Positions 1 to 11,237 of a DNA stretch of 64,000 nt are shown here, piece after piece. The stretch spans positions 5,146,001-5,210,000 of the forward strand of contig NC_043016.1 of assembly GCF_006345805.1 (NCBI RefSeq), in the 5' to 3' direction. Within the stretch, counting starts at the first letter, position 1. Each line of letters begins with the position of its first letter. Below the pieces are notes generated by a model. The model was not told where the DNA came from. It saw nothing but the letters and a program-made list of their open reading frames with translations, and did not search any database. The position numbers and the translations under genes were made by a program. The stretch comes from Octopus sinensis (lineage: Eukaryota).

Positions 1-127
1 CGCTCTAGGGATTTTAACCTTTAAATTTTGGGGGAAAAATGCGGATTATACTCGCGGGATTTACGGTATTTATGTGTTTATCAATAATGGCGTGCGATGC
101 ACGCAAACACAAAAGATATATACTTAC

Positions 128-304
128 CAGCAAATAAGTAGCTCGTATTTTTATTTGCATCGAATGCTGCAGCGGACACATAAGATGGATATTGAGAACC
201 ATGAAAGGTATCCGATATACTATGATATCCAGGTTTGAGGGAACCGAAACGATCAAATTCATATACTTGGTCTCCCCTAAAAGCAAGGTAACCACCATTA
301 TGAT
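128..304 (-). CDS. MMP exon 8: hemopexin-like repeat (YHNGGYLAFRGDQVYEF...VSAAAFDANKNTSYLFA)
   Basis: YxFxGxxVY and xxAA....xYxF hemopexin blade patterns; TTGCAG| acceptor, G|GTAAGT donor; 177 nt. The gene continues beyond the window start. Confidence 0.92.
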
Positions 305-366
305 CTGCAAGAATGAAAAATATGTTCATTAATACATATATGTGTGTCAGCACATAAATACATATA

Positions 367-899
367 TATTGGGTTGTCCGGAAAGTTCATGCCGGTTTTT
401 AAAGGAAAGAAAAAAGGTCAATAAATACTTGCCATTGCATTTTTAATCAAACAAATATGAACCACTTTGTTGCACAATGCGTCTCCATATTTCCTTTAAC
501 TTGAAAATTTGAGGTGGTTTCATGGCAAACAATTCATCAAGGTATTGAAATTTTAACCATTAAGACTATTCTGCAGAGACCTGAATAAGTGGAAATCCGA
601 AGGAGCAATATCTGGTGAATATGGAGGCTGGGGTACACATCCCAGCCGAGCTGCAGCAATTTTTGTCTAGTTCCCAAAGCATCAAGTGCCGAAAATGAAC
701 TTTCTTATCTTCCATTTTAAAGGGTTACAGAATTAACACAGTTTATAGGAACATAAACCTTCATCCACAAAAAGATGGCTTAAACTGTGCTTTAAATAGA
801 GGTGTAGTCAAATCCTATTTTATGGACTCAACCATGTTCTAAAATAAGTGGAAAGGTAAGCTATTATAAATCGGCACGAACTTTCCGGACAACCCAATA
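367..899 (-). mobile_element. Mariner internal-deletion derivative
   Basis: TIRs TATTGGGTTGTCCGGAAAGTTC(A/G)TGCCG with TA ends; transposase remnant YSPDIAPSDFHLFRSLQNSLNG on the minus strand at about 560-625. Confidence 0.9.
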
Positions 900-959
900 G
901 ATACATGACAGAAGTGGATATAATCCTTTCTACTGAAGGCACAAAGCCAGAGATTTGAG

Positions 960-1136
960 GGAAGGGAGCCAGTTGCTTAGATCATCCCCAGTACAAATTG
1001 GTACTTAATTTAGCGACCCCGAAATGTTGAAAGGTAAAGTCGACCTCGACGCTATTTCTGTTCAGAACGTAGCAACGGGCGAAATACTACTAAGCATTTC
1101 GTCCAGCGTGCTAACGATTCTGCCAGCTCACCGCCT
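960..1136 (-). mobile_element. SINE family A (GGCGGTGAGCTGGCAGAA...); other copies about 21610-21800 (-), 25335-25530 (+), 46590-46710 (+), 47830-47980 (+), 48480-48610 (-)
   Basis: Recurrent dispersed sequence with shared blocks GAGGTCGACTTTGCCTTTCATC and TAAATTAAGTACC; resembles published octopus tRNA-derived SINEs (from memory, not checked). Confidence 0.8.
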
Positions 1137-1164
1137 TAACGAAGTGGATATAATAATGGACGAT

Positions 1165-1792
1165 CAAAAGCCCCCCCCCCCCTCCAATGGACGGTGCTGA
1201 GTTGTCAAACATTTAAACCAAATTTTCTTAAAACAACTTGTCCGACCGTCCCATAGGCCTCCCCTTTGACAAACACCGACTTAACCTAAATTTAAGACAC
1301 CAGCAAAAGAAGAACTAAAGATAGATTTTATTCACACAAATTATGCAACCGAAGAGTTTAAAGTACCAGTAATGATAAGGCTGTTGACTGGGAGAACACA
1401 AACGTGGTTTAAACAGTAAGCTTGGCAGGAAAGAAACGTGCTTTTAAACAGTACAAAAACAACAAAAAATGGAAGGTGCAGTTATGTACAGGTTGACGGA
1501 AGAATAGCAGGACAAAAACGATGCATGCAAATGGGTTAGCTCGTGCATTTTTCTCGCGTACGCGTAGTATCGATCGCAACAGCTGATGTACTTGCGCGTA
1601 CAAATGAACATTCCTATGGCTTTATCGATCGCATTCTCACCTGGAATCGATTTTTGTAATTTTTTCAAAACTTATACACGCCCTGATACCGTCGGTATCT
1701 ACATTTCAAATTTGAGCGCAATCGGATGGAGGATGCCCGAGATCCTAGAAGACACACACACAGACAGACAGAACGGATTTTATATAATAGAC
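1165..1792 (+). mobile_element. Non-autonomous Helitron/Helentron-like element; inverted partial copy at about 10145-10485
   Basis: Shares a 170-bp 5' block and a 3' block ending ACAGACAGAACGGATTTTATATAATAG with 3968-4835 and 10145-10485. The family assignment is inferred from the end style. Confidence 0.55.
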
Positions 1793-2600
1793 TAGCTTTA
1801 GGTGACCCGCTCTACGCGCGGGTGAGGGTGTGCTTGTTACTTTCTGTTTCTTATCACCACATTCTCCCCCTTTGTTTCTCTCTCCCTTCTCTTTCACTTT
1901 CCCACTCTCTTACTCTTCCTTTCTTTCGGACTCTCCCTCGCTTTCTCTCATGAGTAAGTTGAGAAAGAATATATTTTGAAAGATCAATCATATGTATCAA
2001 TCAGTGACAACGGAAATCACACTTTCCTTTTGAACGTGCCACTATTTGAGCGATTAGAATTAAGTGAAAAAAGAGAGAAACGACAACCACTTGTCAAAGT
2101 CTGGGTGTTGTTGCCCTAGTAAACACAGCTTTTGAGATAGGGGTTTCTAACCTAGTGCAGTCGCTTAGCCGCCTCTTTTTACATGTCCCTGTAAATTTTG
2201 GAGTCAATCTGACCCCATCTAACGTTAAACCGTTCCCATCCCAAAATAAGACAAACAAATTTTTTGCATTTCAGCTTTATAGATATTGATGATGAAAAGT
2301 GGAGGGAAGGAAGGAAAGAGAGAGTTCGAGGAAGACAGGGTGATATCTGAAAGAGAGAAACCACAAACACTTGTCAAAGTCTGGGATCTGTTGCCCTGGT
2401 AACCACAGCTTTTGATATAGGGGCTTCTATCCTAGTCCACTCGCTTCCTCGCCTCTTTTTACATGTCCATGTAAACTTTGGAGCCAATCCGACCACATCT
2501 ACCGCCCCTTAAACCGTTCCCATCCCAAAATGAGACAAACAAATTTTTCGCGTTTCAGCTTTACAGATATTGATGATTGATAAATAAATTGTCGACCTAC

Positions 2601-3018
2601 ATTTCATTAATGCGTCATATGCAAAGGGACATGGAAATCTCGGTATATTCGGTGTTGGCGCCGTTGTAGTTGGAGTAGTTGTAGTTGTTGTGGCTATTGT
2701 TGTTGTTGTTGTTGTTGTTGCTGTTGTACTGCTCGTAGTAGTAGTAGGATCTTGCGTTGAAAATAGTATTGTTGACAGTAATGTCGATGATGATGGTAAC
2801 GAGGGTGTTACCGAAGTTGTTGGTGATGGTGTTATTGTTGTTGTTGTTGGTGTTGTTGTTGTTGTTGTTGGTGTTGGTGTTGTTGGTGTTGTTGTTGTTG
2901 TTGGTGTTGTTGTCGTTGTTGGTGTTGTTGTTGTTGGTGTTGTTGTTGTTGTTGGTGTTGTTGTTGGTGTTGGTGTTGTTGTTGTTGGTGTTGTTGTTGT
3001 TGGTGTTGTTGTTGTTGG

Positions 3019-3049
<31 letters not shown>

Positions 3050-3134
3050 GTTGTTGTTGTTGGTGTTGTTGTTGGTGATGTTGCCATTTCTGTTGTTGTT
3101 GGTGGGAGTGTTGTTTCGCTTGTTGGTCGTTTAC
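2601..3134 (-). CDS. MMP exon 7: Thr/Pro-rich linker plus first Cys of the hemopexin domain (...FPCPFAYDALMK)
   Basis: TCTCAG| acceptor and T|GTAGGT donor, both phase 1; 534 nt open frame continuing exon 6; ends in a C...YDA hemopexin start. Confidence 0.9.
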
Positions 3135-3280
3135 CTGAGACATAAAACAAAACAAAACAAGTCTTCATCAAATATTTATACCCCATATACAGAAGTACGT
3201 ATAACAGTATATGAAAAAAACAAAAGCAAAAACACATACACAACAACAAGTAATTAAAAAGGGGTATTATGCACCTTGTG

Positions 3281-3530
3281 GAGGCGCGTGGCTTAGTGGT
3301 TAGGGTATCAGCATCATGATCGTAAGATTGTGGTTTCGAGTCCTGGACCGGGCAACGCGTTGGGTTCTTGAGCAAAACACTTCATTTCACGTTGCTCCAG
3401 TCCACTCAGCTGGCAGAAATGAGCAACGCTGCGATCGGCAGGCGTCCGTCCAGCTGGGGAACACATATGACATTGAAACCGGGAAACCCGCCCCATGAGC
3501 CTGGCTAGGCTTTAAAAGGGTACATTTAGT
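3281..3530 (+). mobile_element. tRNA-derived SINE family D
   Basis: A box TGGCTTAGTGG, B box GGTTTCGAGTCC, then a CORE-like TTCTTGAGCAAAACACTT block. Confidence 0.85.
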
Positions 3531-3830
3531 GGAGGTGCAATGGCCCAGTGGGTAGGGCAGTGGACTCGCGGTCGGAGGATCGCGGTTTCGAATCCCAGAC
3601 CGGGCGTTGTGAGTGTTTATTGAGCGAAAACACCTAAGAGCTCCACGAGGGTCCGGCAAGGAGTGGTGGCAACCCATGTTGTACTCTTTCGCCACAACTT
3701 CCTCTCAATCTCTCTTCCTGTTTCTTGAGTAACGCTGCGATGGACTGGCGTCCCGTCCAACTGCGGGAAACACATACGCTACAGAAACCCGGAAACTAGG
3801 CCCATGAGCCTATTTAGGCTTGAAAAGGGC
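3531..3830 (+). mobile_element. tRNA-derived SINE family C; other copies 5530-5815 (-), 5990-6060 (-), 26595-26900 (+)
   Basis: A box TGGCCCAGTGG, B box GGTTTCGAATCCC; shared body GTGTTTATTGAGCGAAAACACCTAA. Confidence 0.85.
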
Positions 3831-3967
3831 GACGTTAATCGTTTTTCGTTAATATACACCTTAAGAGTGATGAATAATTCGATGACACTACTGTTAGGAT
3901 AGAAGTAGAGTTAACGAGTTAGGGGTTAATATTTAGAACGAAACGTAAAGGTTGGTATTTATTATTT

Positions 3968-5180
3968 ACGAGCAAACCCCCCCCCCCCCCGTCCAATGGA
4001 CGGTGCTGAGTTGTCAAACATTTAAACCAAATTTTCTCAAAACAACTTGTCGACCGTCCCATAGGCCTCCCCTTTGAGAAACACTGAATTAACCTAAATT
4101 TGAGCAAAAGAAGAAATAAAGTTAGACTTTTTTTCTATTCCAAAGAAAAACGATTTTAATGCAAATATTGCACGATTAAGAAGCAAGTAAATAGCCTTTT
4201 CTTTCTAAAATTGAAGTATTTTGACTACATTCATCTTGAAATAAAGCTCAAATAATCGTGATTGAATGCAATAATGGTTTTCTTTCACTAAAAAACACAC
4301 TTGTTTTTGGTTTAAAGCTGTAAGGCAACAAAAATCATTTATTAGCAAGAAAATAGTATTTTCTGCCTTCAATAAAAAGCAACCAGTGTTTTGTTATCAT
4401 TAAAAAATAATTAAGCACGCCTTTATTTCAATAAAATTTTTGGTTTTGTTAAACGAACTTAAGGCAAAAAGAAAAATCTTCTTGAGAAACCAAATAGTCT
4501 TTCCATCCTTCATGCCAAATTTGAAGAAAATATCTCTTTTGCATCTTACGTTTTTAGTCTCTTAAGTATACTGCATTTTGTGGCATTATTTCAAGCCAGC
4601 CAGCTTTTTTGCGCAAACTGCACGTGCATTTATCTCGCGTACACGTAGTAGTGATTGCAACAGCTGATGTACTTGCGCGTACAAATGCACCTTCCCACGG
4701 CTTTATCGATCGCATTCTCACCAGGAATCGATTTTTGCAATTTTTTCAAGACTTATATGCACCTTGATACCGTCGGTATCTACATATCAAATTTGAGCGC
4801 AATCGAATGGAGGATGCCCGTGTTCCTAGAAGACAAAAGATTACAAAAATCGATTCCAGGTGAGAATGCGATCGATAAAGCCGTGGGAACGTGCATTTGT
4901 ACGCGCAAGTACGCCAGCTGTTGCGATGTACTTACTGGTACTTTAAACTCTTCGGTTGCATATTTGTGTGAATATAATCGTTTTTCTTTGGAATCGGAAA
5001 AAAGTCTATCTTTATTTCTTCTTTTGCTGGTGTCTCAAACTTAGGTTAATTCAGTGTTTCTCAAAGGGGAGGCCTAGACCTATGAGACGGTTGGACAAGT
5101 TGTTTTGAGAAAATTTGGTTTAAATGTTTGACAACTCAGCACCGTCCATTGGACGGGGGAGGGGGACGTTTTGCTCCTTA
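3968..5180. mobile_element. Foldback derivative of the 1165-1792 family
   Basis: About 170-200 bp inverted ends (3968-4135 vs 4990-5180) plus an inner 92-bp inverted repeat (4654-4745 vs 4836-4928). Confidence 0.75.
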
Positions 5181-5324
5181 TTTCTGCATCTGTTTCCATT
5201 ACTAACAATTCATATGTAAGCCAAAATTAGGACAGTAGAAACACAAACTGTCTACAACAATCATACTGGGTTTCCAATTATACCATTCAATAACACATCA
5301 AAAGTTTCTTATATTAATAGTTAT

Positions 5325-5525
5325 GACCCCCTTCGGTCATGAATGACCCTGGGATTGCACGTAGAAAGTTACCCTCCGAAGCACAAGTCTGAGCAAGGTT
5401 GTTTATGGAAGACCAGCATTCGCCCATGCATACTAACCTTCCGTCTCCACGCCACCGATGTTATCCAAGGGAAAGGCAAAAGGGGCCGATACAGCTTGGC
5501 ACCAGTGACGTCGCAGCTCATTTAT
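5325..5525 (+). mobile_element. Repeat family E (RTE-5'UTR-like or SINE), fused to family C; second copy 26900-27090 (-)
   Basis: The two copies align over about 200 bp and share the same junction with an antisense family-C SINE. Confidence 0.7.
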
Positions 5526-5899
5526 TAACGTGCAAGTGGTCGAGTACTCCACAGACACGTGTACCCTTAACGTAGTTCTCGGGGGAGATTCAGCGTGATA
5601 CAGAGCGTGACAAGGCTGGCCCCTTTGAAATACAGGTACAACGAAATAGGAAGAAAGAGTGAGAGTAAATTGTGGCGAAAGAGTTCAGCAGGTTTCGCCA
5701 CTACACACTGTCGGTGATTCGTGGAGCTTTAGGTGTTTTCGCTCAATAAACACTCACAATGCCCGGTCTGGGAATCGAAACCGCGATCTTACAACCGCGA
5801 GTTCACTGCCCTAACCAAGAAAAAAAGCAAGCAAAAGACGAAGAAGGATGTGTAAACAACAAACAGATTATTAGTTTAACGCTCGGGAATTGAGAAAGT

Positions 5900-5935
5900 C
5901 TTTTACGTTTCGAGCCTACGCTCTTCATCAGAAAG
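5900..5935 (-). ncRNA. Minimal type I hammerhead ribozyme, intact core
   Basis: CTTT-CTGATGA-A-GAGC(GTAG)GCTC-GAAA-CG-TA-AAAG: stem I 4 bp, stem II 4 bp, palindromic stem III ACGT, GUA site; lies in a 150-bp repeat also present at 17895-18050. Confidence 0.85.
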
Positions 5936-6146
5936 GAACACAGAAATAAACAGGGAGAGAAAATAGAAAGAGGTGTTTTTACTTAATAAGCACTCACAAT
6001 GCCCGGTCTGGGACTCGAAACCGAAACTGCTGCTCTAACCACTAGACCATTGTGCCTCCACATATTAATAGTATAACAGTGTAAAAAGATCTCCTGCACG
6101 GGCGCCGAAGAAAAGCAATAAAAATTGTAATAAATAGCTGTTTTAC

Positions 6147-6377
6147 CGTAGATCGCTTGAGCTCCATCGATATCATCTCCGGTCAGAAAAAGGTTCGAGT
6201 TGGGGCCTTTGTAAAAAGGTGCCATAACAGAATCCATATCTTCTGAGTGATCCAGGCCTATAGCGTGACCAACTTCGTGTAAAGCTACGGAGTGAAAATC
6301 AATTTCGCTCCACTCCTCAGCATCATCAAAATGCACGTTACCATTGTCCGGGTAAAAAGCATGCGCCAGTACACCTC
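6147..6377 (-). CDS. MMP exon 6: zinc-binding active site (GVLAHAFYP...HFDDAEEW...HEVGHAIGLDHS...SVMAPFY)
   Basis: LAHAF, HFD, HExGHxxGxxH and Met-turn motifs; CTAG| acceptor, G|GTAAAA donor; 231 nt. Confidence 0.98.
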
Positions 6378-6723
6378 CTAGAAAACGTAAATGTTTTTAA
6401 AGCATATATATATGTGTGTGTGATTGACTATATATATACACATAATTATATATATATATATATATATATACAAAATGAGAAAATGGAGAAATATATCTAA
6501 ATCATTCATCAACTATCAGATAATACCGAATCATATACTTTATTAAAACACTACACAATAGCAATGATATTATACATTAATATAGTACAATAATTACAAT
6601 CAATATGGTGAAATATAACTAAATAAATATAACAAGACATAGAAATACATTTACATGTACTTCTCTAGCAGTATATTGGATATATGTTATCCCATGGAGG
6701 GTTGAATTTACAACCCCTATCTC

Positions 6724-6777
<54 letters not shown>

Positions 6778-7026
6778 ACATGTACATATATATCATAATA
6801 TTAGGGAGTATAACTCCAAATTTACAGGGAAAAATTCAATTTATTATTAAATCAATTTCACAATATAATTATATAAAATATAAATTAGAGAAAAAACCAC
6901 TATCATGCGATTCAAACAATGATAGACATAAACCAAAACATAAATAACAAATAAAATATATTTTTATAAAACATAAAACTAGATCACAAAAAGTATAAAA
7001 ATGAATAATCAATATATAAGTAAAAA

Positions 7027-7120
7027 CACTATGTACGTTTCATGGCTATAATTAAATTCGAATTACAATTAAATTTAATTGAAATGAATTCAATTTAAAA
7101 TTATAGTCAATCTTCAGGTT
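7027..7120 (-). ncRNA. Type I hammerhead, core intact but stems partly decayed
   Basis: AAC-CTGAAGA-TTGACTATAA...TTATAGCCAT-GAAA-CGTACA-TA-GTG; 8 of 10 stem II pairs remain. Confidence 0.65.
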
Positions 7121-7407
7121 AACAATAATAGTTAAATAAATAAGCAAATAGAGTTAAGCAATATCTATTTTAAAAATAAATAAAATATTTTTTCTTATAG
7201 AAGAAATTCGATTAACTAAATTTGAAATTTAAAACATTAGGACCAGTTGCCTACAATACGTTTATTATGTTAAATATTTGAAGTAAAAAATAGAGTAAAT
7301 AGATAGAAAAATGTATTTATCTCTGTAGATATAATTTAGCTTAAAAAACATTAATAAACTATAGAATATCTTTAACCCTGTAAGTTTGGAGTCATACTCC
7401 CTAATAT

Positions 7408-7451
<44 letters not shown>

Positions 7452-7456
<5 letters not shown>

Positions 7457-8952
7457 TTCAGCAAAATTTAGATTCAAATGAATATGGTACTTAAGTTAGA
7501 TGCACCAGAATTTTGTATGGTATTATCCATATAAATTCATGGGGTGATTATAATCAAAAGAAGCAACAAGAATAACTTCCGTAATTTGGTACGATCGTTT
7601 CGCACTACATCATTTTATTAGATGTTATAAGTATTACAATAGTTTTAAAATGCTGAGCACTCATCAGCCATTAATAGAGGTTTTCCATTAATACATAATT
7701 TTCATATCAAGTGATAACATTATAGAGAAGATAGATATATAGACAAAGATATGGATTTAAATTTTAAGAACATTTAAGGTAGTGGAGTTTATCAACTGAC
7801 TGAATAATATTCAGTTAAATAACCGTTCGGAGCTACGAGTATTTCTAAATTTTTCAAATTTTAATTCTTTATAACCAAATAAGAACGAATATACCATACT
7901 GGTTTTTAATTCAACATACATAGATTACTAAAAAACTTCATTGCAAACTTAGAATTAAATTTCTCCATTTTTTTTATATTCTCATATACTAAATAGTATA
8001 AATTCTATGTCCCTAAAGAAACTATTCGGTTCACCTTGATTATCTCACTTCCATTTCTTAATATATCATTAACCTAGGATATTTTTACCTAACTAATTAG
8101 CCTTTCTCCGCGAGTAGTAAATATTATTTCCAACAGATTCTATATTTTGATTCATTAATAACATTTCACTATCTACTAAATCTGAGTAATTTACTCTTCT
8201 TAATTACTTCTCTTCATAAAAATTAATCACCTTTTACTAAACCTATGAAAACTTTTCTTCTTGAGTACTCCTCTTCCAGTTTTCCTATTATATATATTTG
8301 ACCCCTAATATATTCACTTGACTAATAGGACTTTTGTCCTCAGTTAATGAGTATTATGCCTACTCATAATAAGTGATAAATTTTTCTGCAAAATGAATAG
8401 ATATTAGATTTATAATTTCTCCTTTAATCCAATGTATCAAAATATTCAAAATCTTCCAGCTAAGTATAAACTTGATGTATATAAGTATAAAAGAATCTCT
8501 GTATTCTCTATAAGTGGTCACTGTGACCATTTGACGTTAACCTAGTTTTCCTAATGTTAAATCTGTTTACCAAATAGTAGTAAAAGGCATCTGTTGCATT
8601 ATAACCCTCTCTCTACCTTAATTTCTTTATATGGAACTTTGACATCTATTTCACCCCTATTTCTATAAATAGAAAATCTTTTTTGTCTCCTTTCAATTGA
8701 TCATCCTTCCCAAACCTTCTAGCAGTTGAAAACAACTGAATATTCTGAATACTCTTCGGTCAGTTGATAAACTCTACTACCTTAATGTTCTTAAATTTTA
8801 AATCCACATCTTTGTCTATATATCTACCTTCTCTATAATGTTATCAATTGATATGAAAATTATGTATTAATGGAAAACCTCTATTAATGGTTGATTCTCT
8901 TCATGGGACTGTCACACTAAGTTGACAGTATACAACTACTCTATCGTACCAC
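7452..8952. mobile_element. Decayed Penelope-like insertion with inverted ends
   Basis: 7668-7830 is the reverse complement of 8730-8890 (about 90% by eye); each arm leads into a hammerhead (left intact, right scrambled but ending ATCGTACCA). The AT-rich interior was not assignable. Confidence 0.6.
7587..7670 (-). ncRNA. Type I hammerhead ribozyme, intact core
   Basis: TGG-CTGATGA-GTGC...CATTTTA/TAAAATG...GTGC-GAAA-CGATCG-TA-CCA; palindromic stem III ACGATCGT, GUA site. Confidence 0.85.
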
Positions 8953-9186
8953 TACTGCATATATCTCTCTGAGATATTTAGAAATGTATTATTTCTAATT
9001 CTTTATCTTAATTTTGAGAAATAAAAGAAATATATAAAACCGCATTATTTATGTGATGATCCAAATAGCGATCTATTTGAAATTTAAAATCTTTACAGAC
9101 GAATTACTTCATACAACCACAAACACACACATGCACTCAGAAAGATAGATCATTGGATAGATAACTAGACAGACTGACAGACAGAC

Positions 9187-9273
<87 letters not shown>

Positions 9274-9392
9274 TGCACATAGGTGTTCATTCGAAGGAAG
9301 AAGATACTGAAAAACGTCATATGTATGTACGCATGCATGTAAGCCCATGTATGACTCTGTGCATCTTTTCTTTTAACAAATGTCGTACGCAC

Positions 9393-9532
9393 CTTTTCCA
9401 TCAAAGTTAGAGTTGTCACCATGATCTCCTTCTGCAAAAGCAACGTCAATATCAGCCGCTCCTGCCGTCAGTTCCGTAAAGTCTAAAGGAATCACGTCAG
9501 ACCACATTTTGAAAATTTTGGTCAAATTATTT
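9393..9532 (-). CDS. MMP exon 5: catalytic domain (NNLTKIFKMWSDVIPLDF...ADIDVAFAEGDHGDNSNFDGK)
   Basis: FxxWSxVxPLxF, ADI and HGD...FDG motifs; TGCAG| acceptor, G|GTGCGT donor; 140 nt, phase 2 to 1. Confidence 0.97.
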
Positions 9533-9710
9533 CTGCAAATATTAACACCATACATAAGTTTACTTGACTATAAATATCATTCAGAAATATATATTAATAT
9601 CATATGTAGATACGTGAGTTGTGTTTGTGCGTGTGTATGTTTGTGCATGTGTGTATGTGTGTTTGTCTGTGTGTGTGTAGGTGCGCGTTTCTCTTCTCTG
9701 TATGTATGTA

Positions 9711-9745
<35 letters not shown>

Positions 9746-9768
9746 AATATATATTATATATATATATA

Positions 9769-9800
<32 letters not shown>

Positions 9801-9846
9801 ACAGAAAAGAGGATTTCGGTTGTCCCCACGTGGTGGATTGTAATGT

Positions 9847-10101
9847 ATATAAGAAAAATAAAAACGGAAAATACGCACACTTACATGGTTATGGTATAGT
9901 TTTTAATGTATCGACCGGTTTCGCAATCGCTATTCACTCGTGAATCTCATTATAAACAACATGGACCCATTTTCTTTTTAAGAAAAAATATATTTTCATA
10001 TAAATTAAACATTGTATCATGATAGCGATTGCGAAACCGGTCGATACATTAAAAACTATACTATAACCATGTAAGTGTGCGTATTTTCCGTTTTTATTTT
10101 T

Positions 10102-10108
<7 letters not shown>
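9847..10108. repeat. TA-flanked inverted repeat (about 85-bp arms) carrying a hammerhead relic
   Basis: 9847-9933 is the reverse complement of 10022-10108; 10014-10047 reads GTATC-ATGATA-GC(GATT)GC-GAAA-CCGG-TC-GATAC. Confidence 0.75.
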
Positions 10109-10146
<38 letters not shown>

Positions 10147-10485
10147 AAATCCGTTCTGTCTGTCTGTGTGTCTTCTAAGTTCTCGGGCATCCTCCATCCG
10201 ATTGCGCTCAAAATTTGATATGTATCGACCAGTTATCATGGCGTGTATAATTCTTGAAAAATTTACAAATCGATTCCAGGTGAGAATGCGATCGATAAAG
10301 CATTCTTTGGAATAGAAAAAAGTCTATCTTTATTTCTTCTTTTGCTGGTGTCTCAAATTTAGGTTAAGTCGGTGTTTCTCAAAGGGGAGGCCTATGGGAC
10401 GGTCGGGTGAGTTGTTTTGAGACAATTTGGTTTAAATGTTTGACAACTCAGCACCGTCCTTTGGAAGGGGGCGTTTTGCTCGTAC

Positions 10486-10486
<1 letters not shown>

Positions 10487-10516
<30 letters not shown>

Positions 10517-11122
10517 TGTATGTATGTATGTATGTATGTATGTATGTATGTATGTGTGTGTGTATGTATGCGTGTATGTATGTATGTATGTATGTATGCA
10601 TGTATGTATGTATGTATGAATGTATGTATGTATGAATGTATGTATGTATGTATATATGTATGTATATATGTATGCATGTTTGAATGTATGTATGTATGTA
10701 TGAATGTATGTATGTATGTATGCATGTTTGTATGTATGTATGTATGTATGTATGAATGTATGTATGTATGTATGTATGTATGTATGTATGTATATATGTA
10801 TATATATATATGTATGCATGTTTGAATGTATGTATGTATGTATGTATGAATGTATGTATGTATGTATGTATGTATGTATGTGTGTATGTATGCGTGTATG
10901 TATGTATGTATGTATGTATGTATGTATGTATGTATGTATGTATGTATGTATGTATGTGTGTATGTATGTGTGTATGTATGTATGTATGTATGTATGTATG
11001 TGTGTATGTATGCGTGTATGTATGTATGTATGTATGTATGTATGTATGAATGTATGTATGTATGTATGTATGTATGTATGTATGTATGTATGTATGTATG
11101 TATGTATGTATGTATGTATGTG
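10487..11122. repeat. (TATG)n microsatellite, about 630 bp
   Basis: Directly visible; the source of the YVCM/HTYI ORFs. Confidence 0.98.
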
Positions 11123-11158
11123 TACACGGATTTAAAATAGCAACGCATATGACTTTAC

Positions 11159-11237
11159 CTTTGCATCTTAACTGGTATATCGTTCGTATAATTTAAAACT
11201 TTGTATGTCAGTTGACTTTTCTCCCATTTGTGATTAC
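11159..11237 (-). CDS. MMP exon 4: start of catalytic domain (NHKWEKSQLTYKVLNYTNDIPVKMQR)
   Basis: KWxxxxLTYxxxNYT motif; CAG| acceptor, AG|GTAAAG donor; 79 nt, phase 1 to 2. Confidence 0.95.

Noticed and set aside
2690-3257. Poly-Val, poly-Leu and poly-Gln/His ORFs
   Set aside because: They are alternative frames and the antisense strand of the Thr-rich MMP exon 7.
3281-3610. tRNA genes
   Set aside because: A and B boxes are present but there is no complete cloverleaf, and the bodies are multi-copy SINEs.
3855-3952. GAAACGTAAAGG preceded by CCTTAAGA as another hammerhead
   Set aside because: The core is incomplete and no stem II can be formed.
10392-11148. Long YVCM/HTYI ORFs, and similar poly-I/Y/N, YI and SIYL ORFs elsewhere
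   Set aside because: Translations of (TATG)n, (TAA)n, (TA)n and (TATC)n microsatellites.
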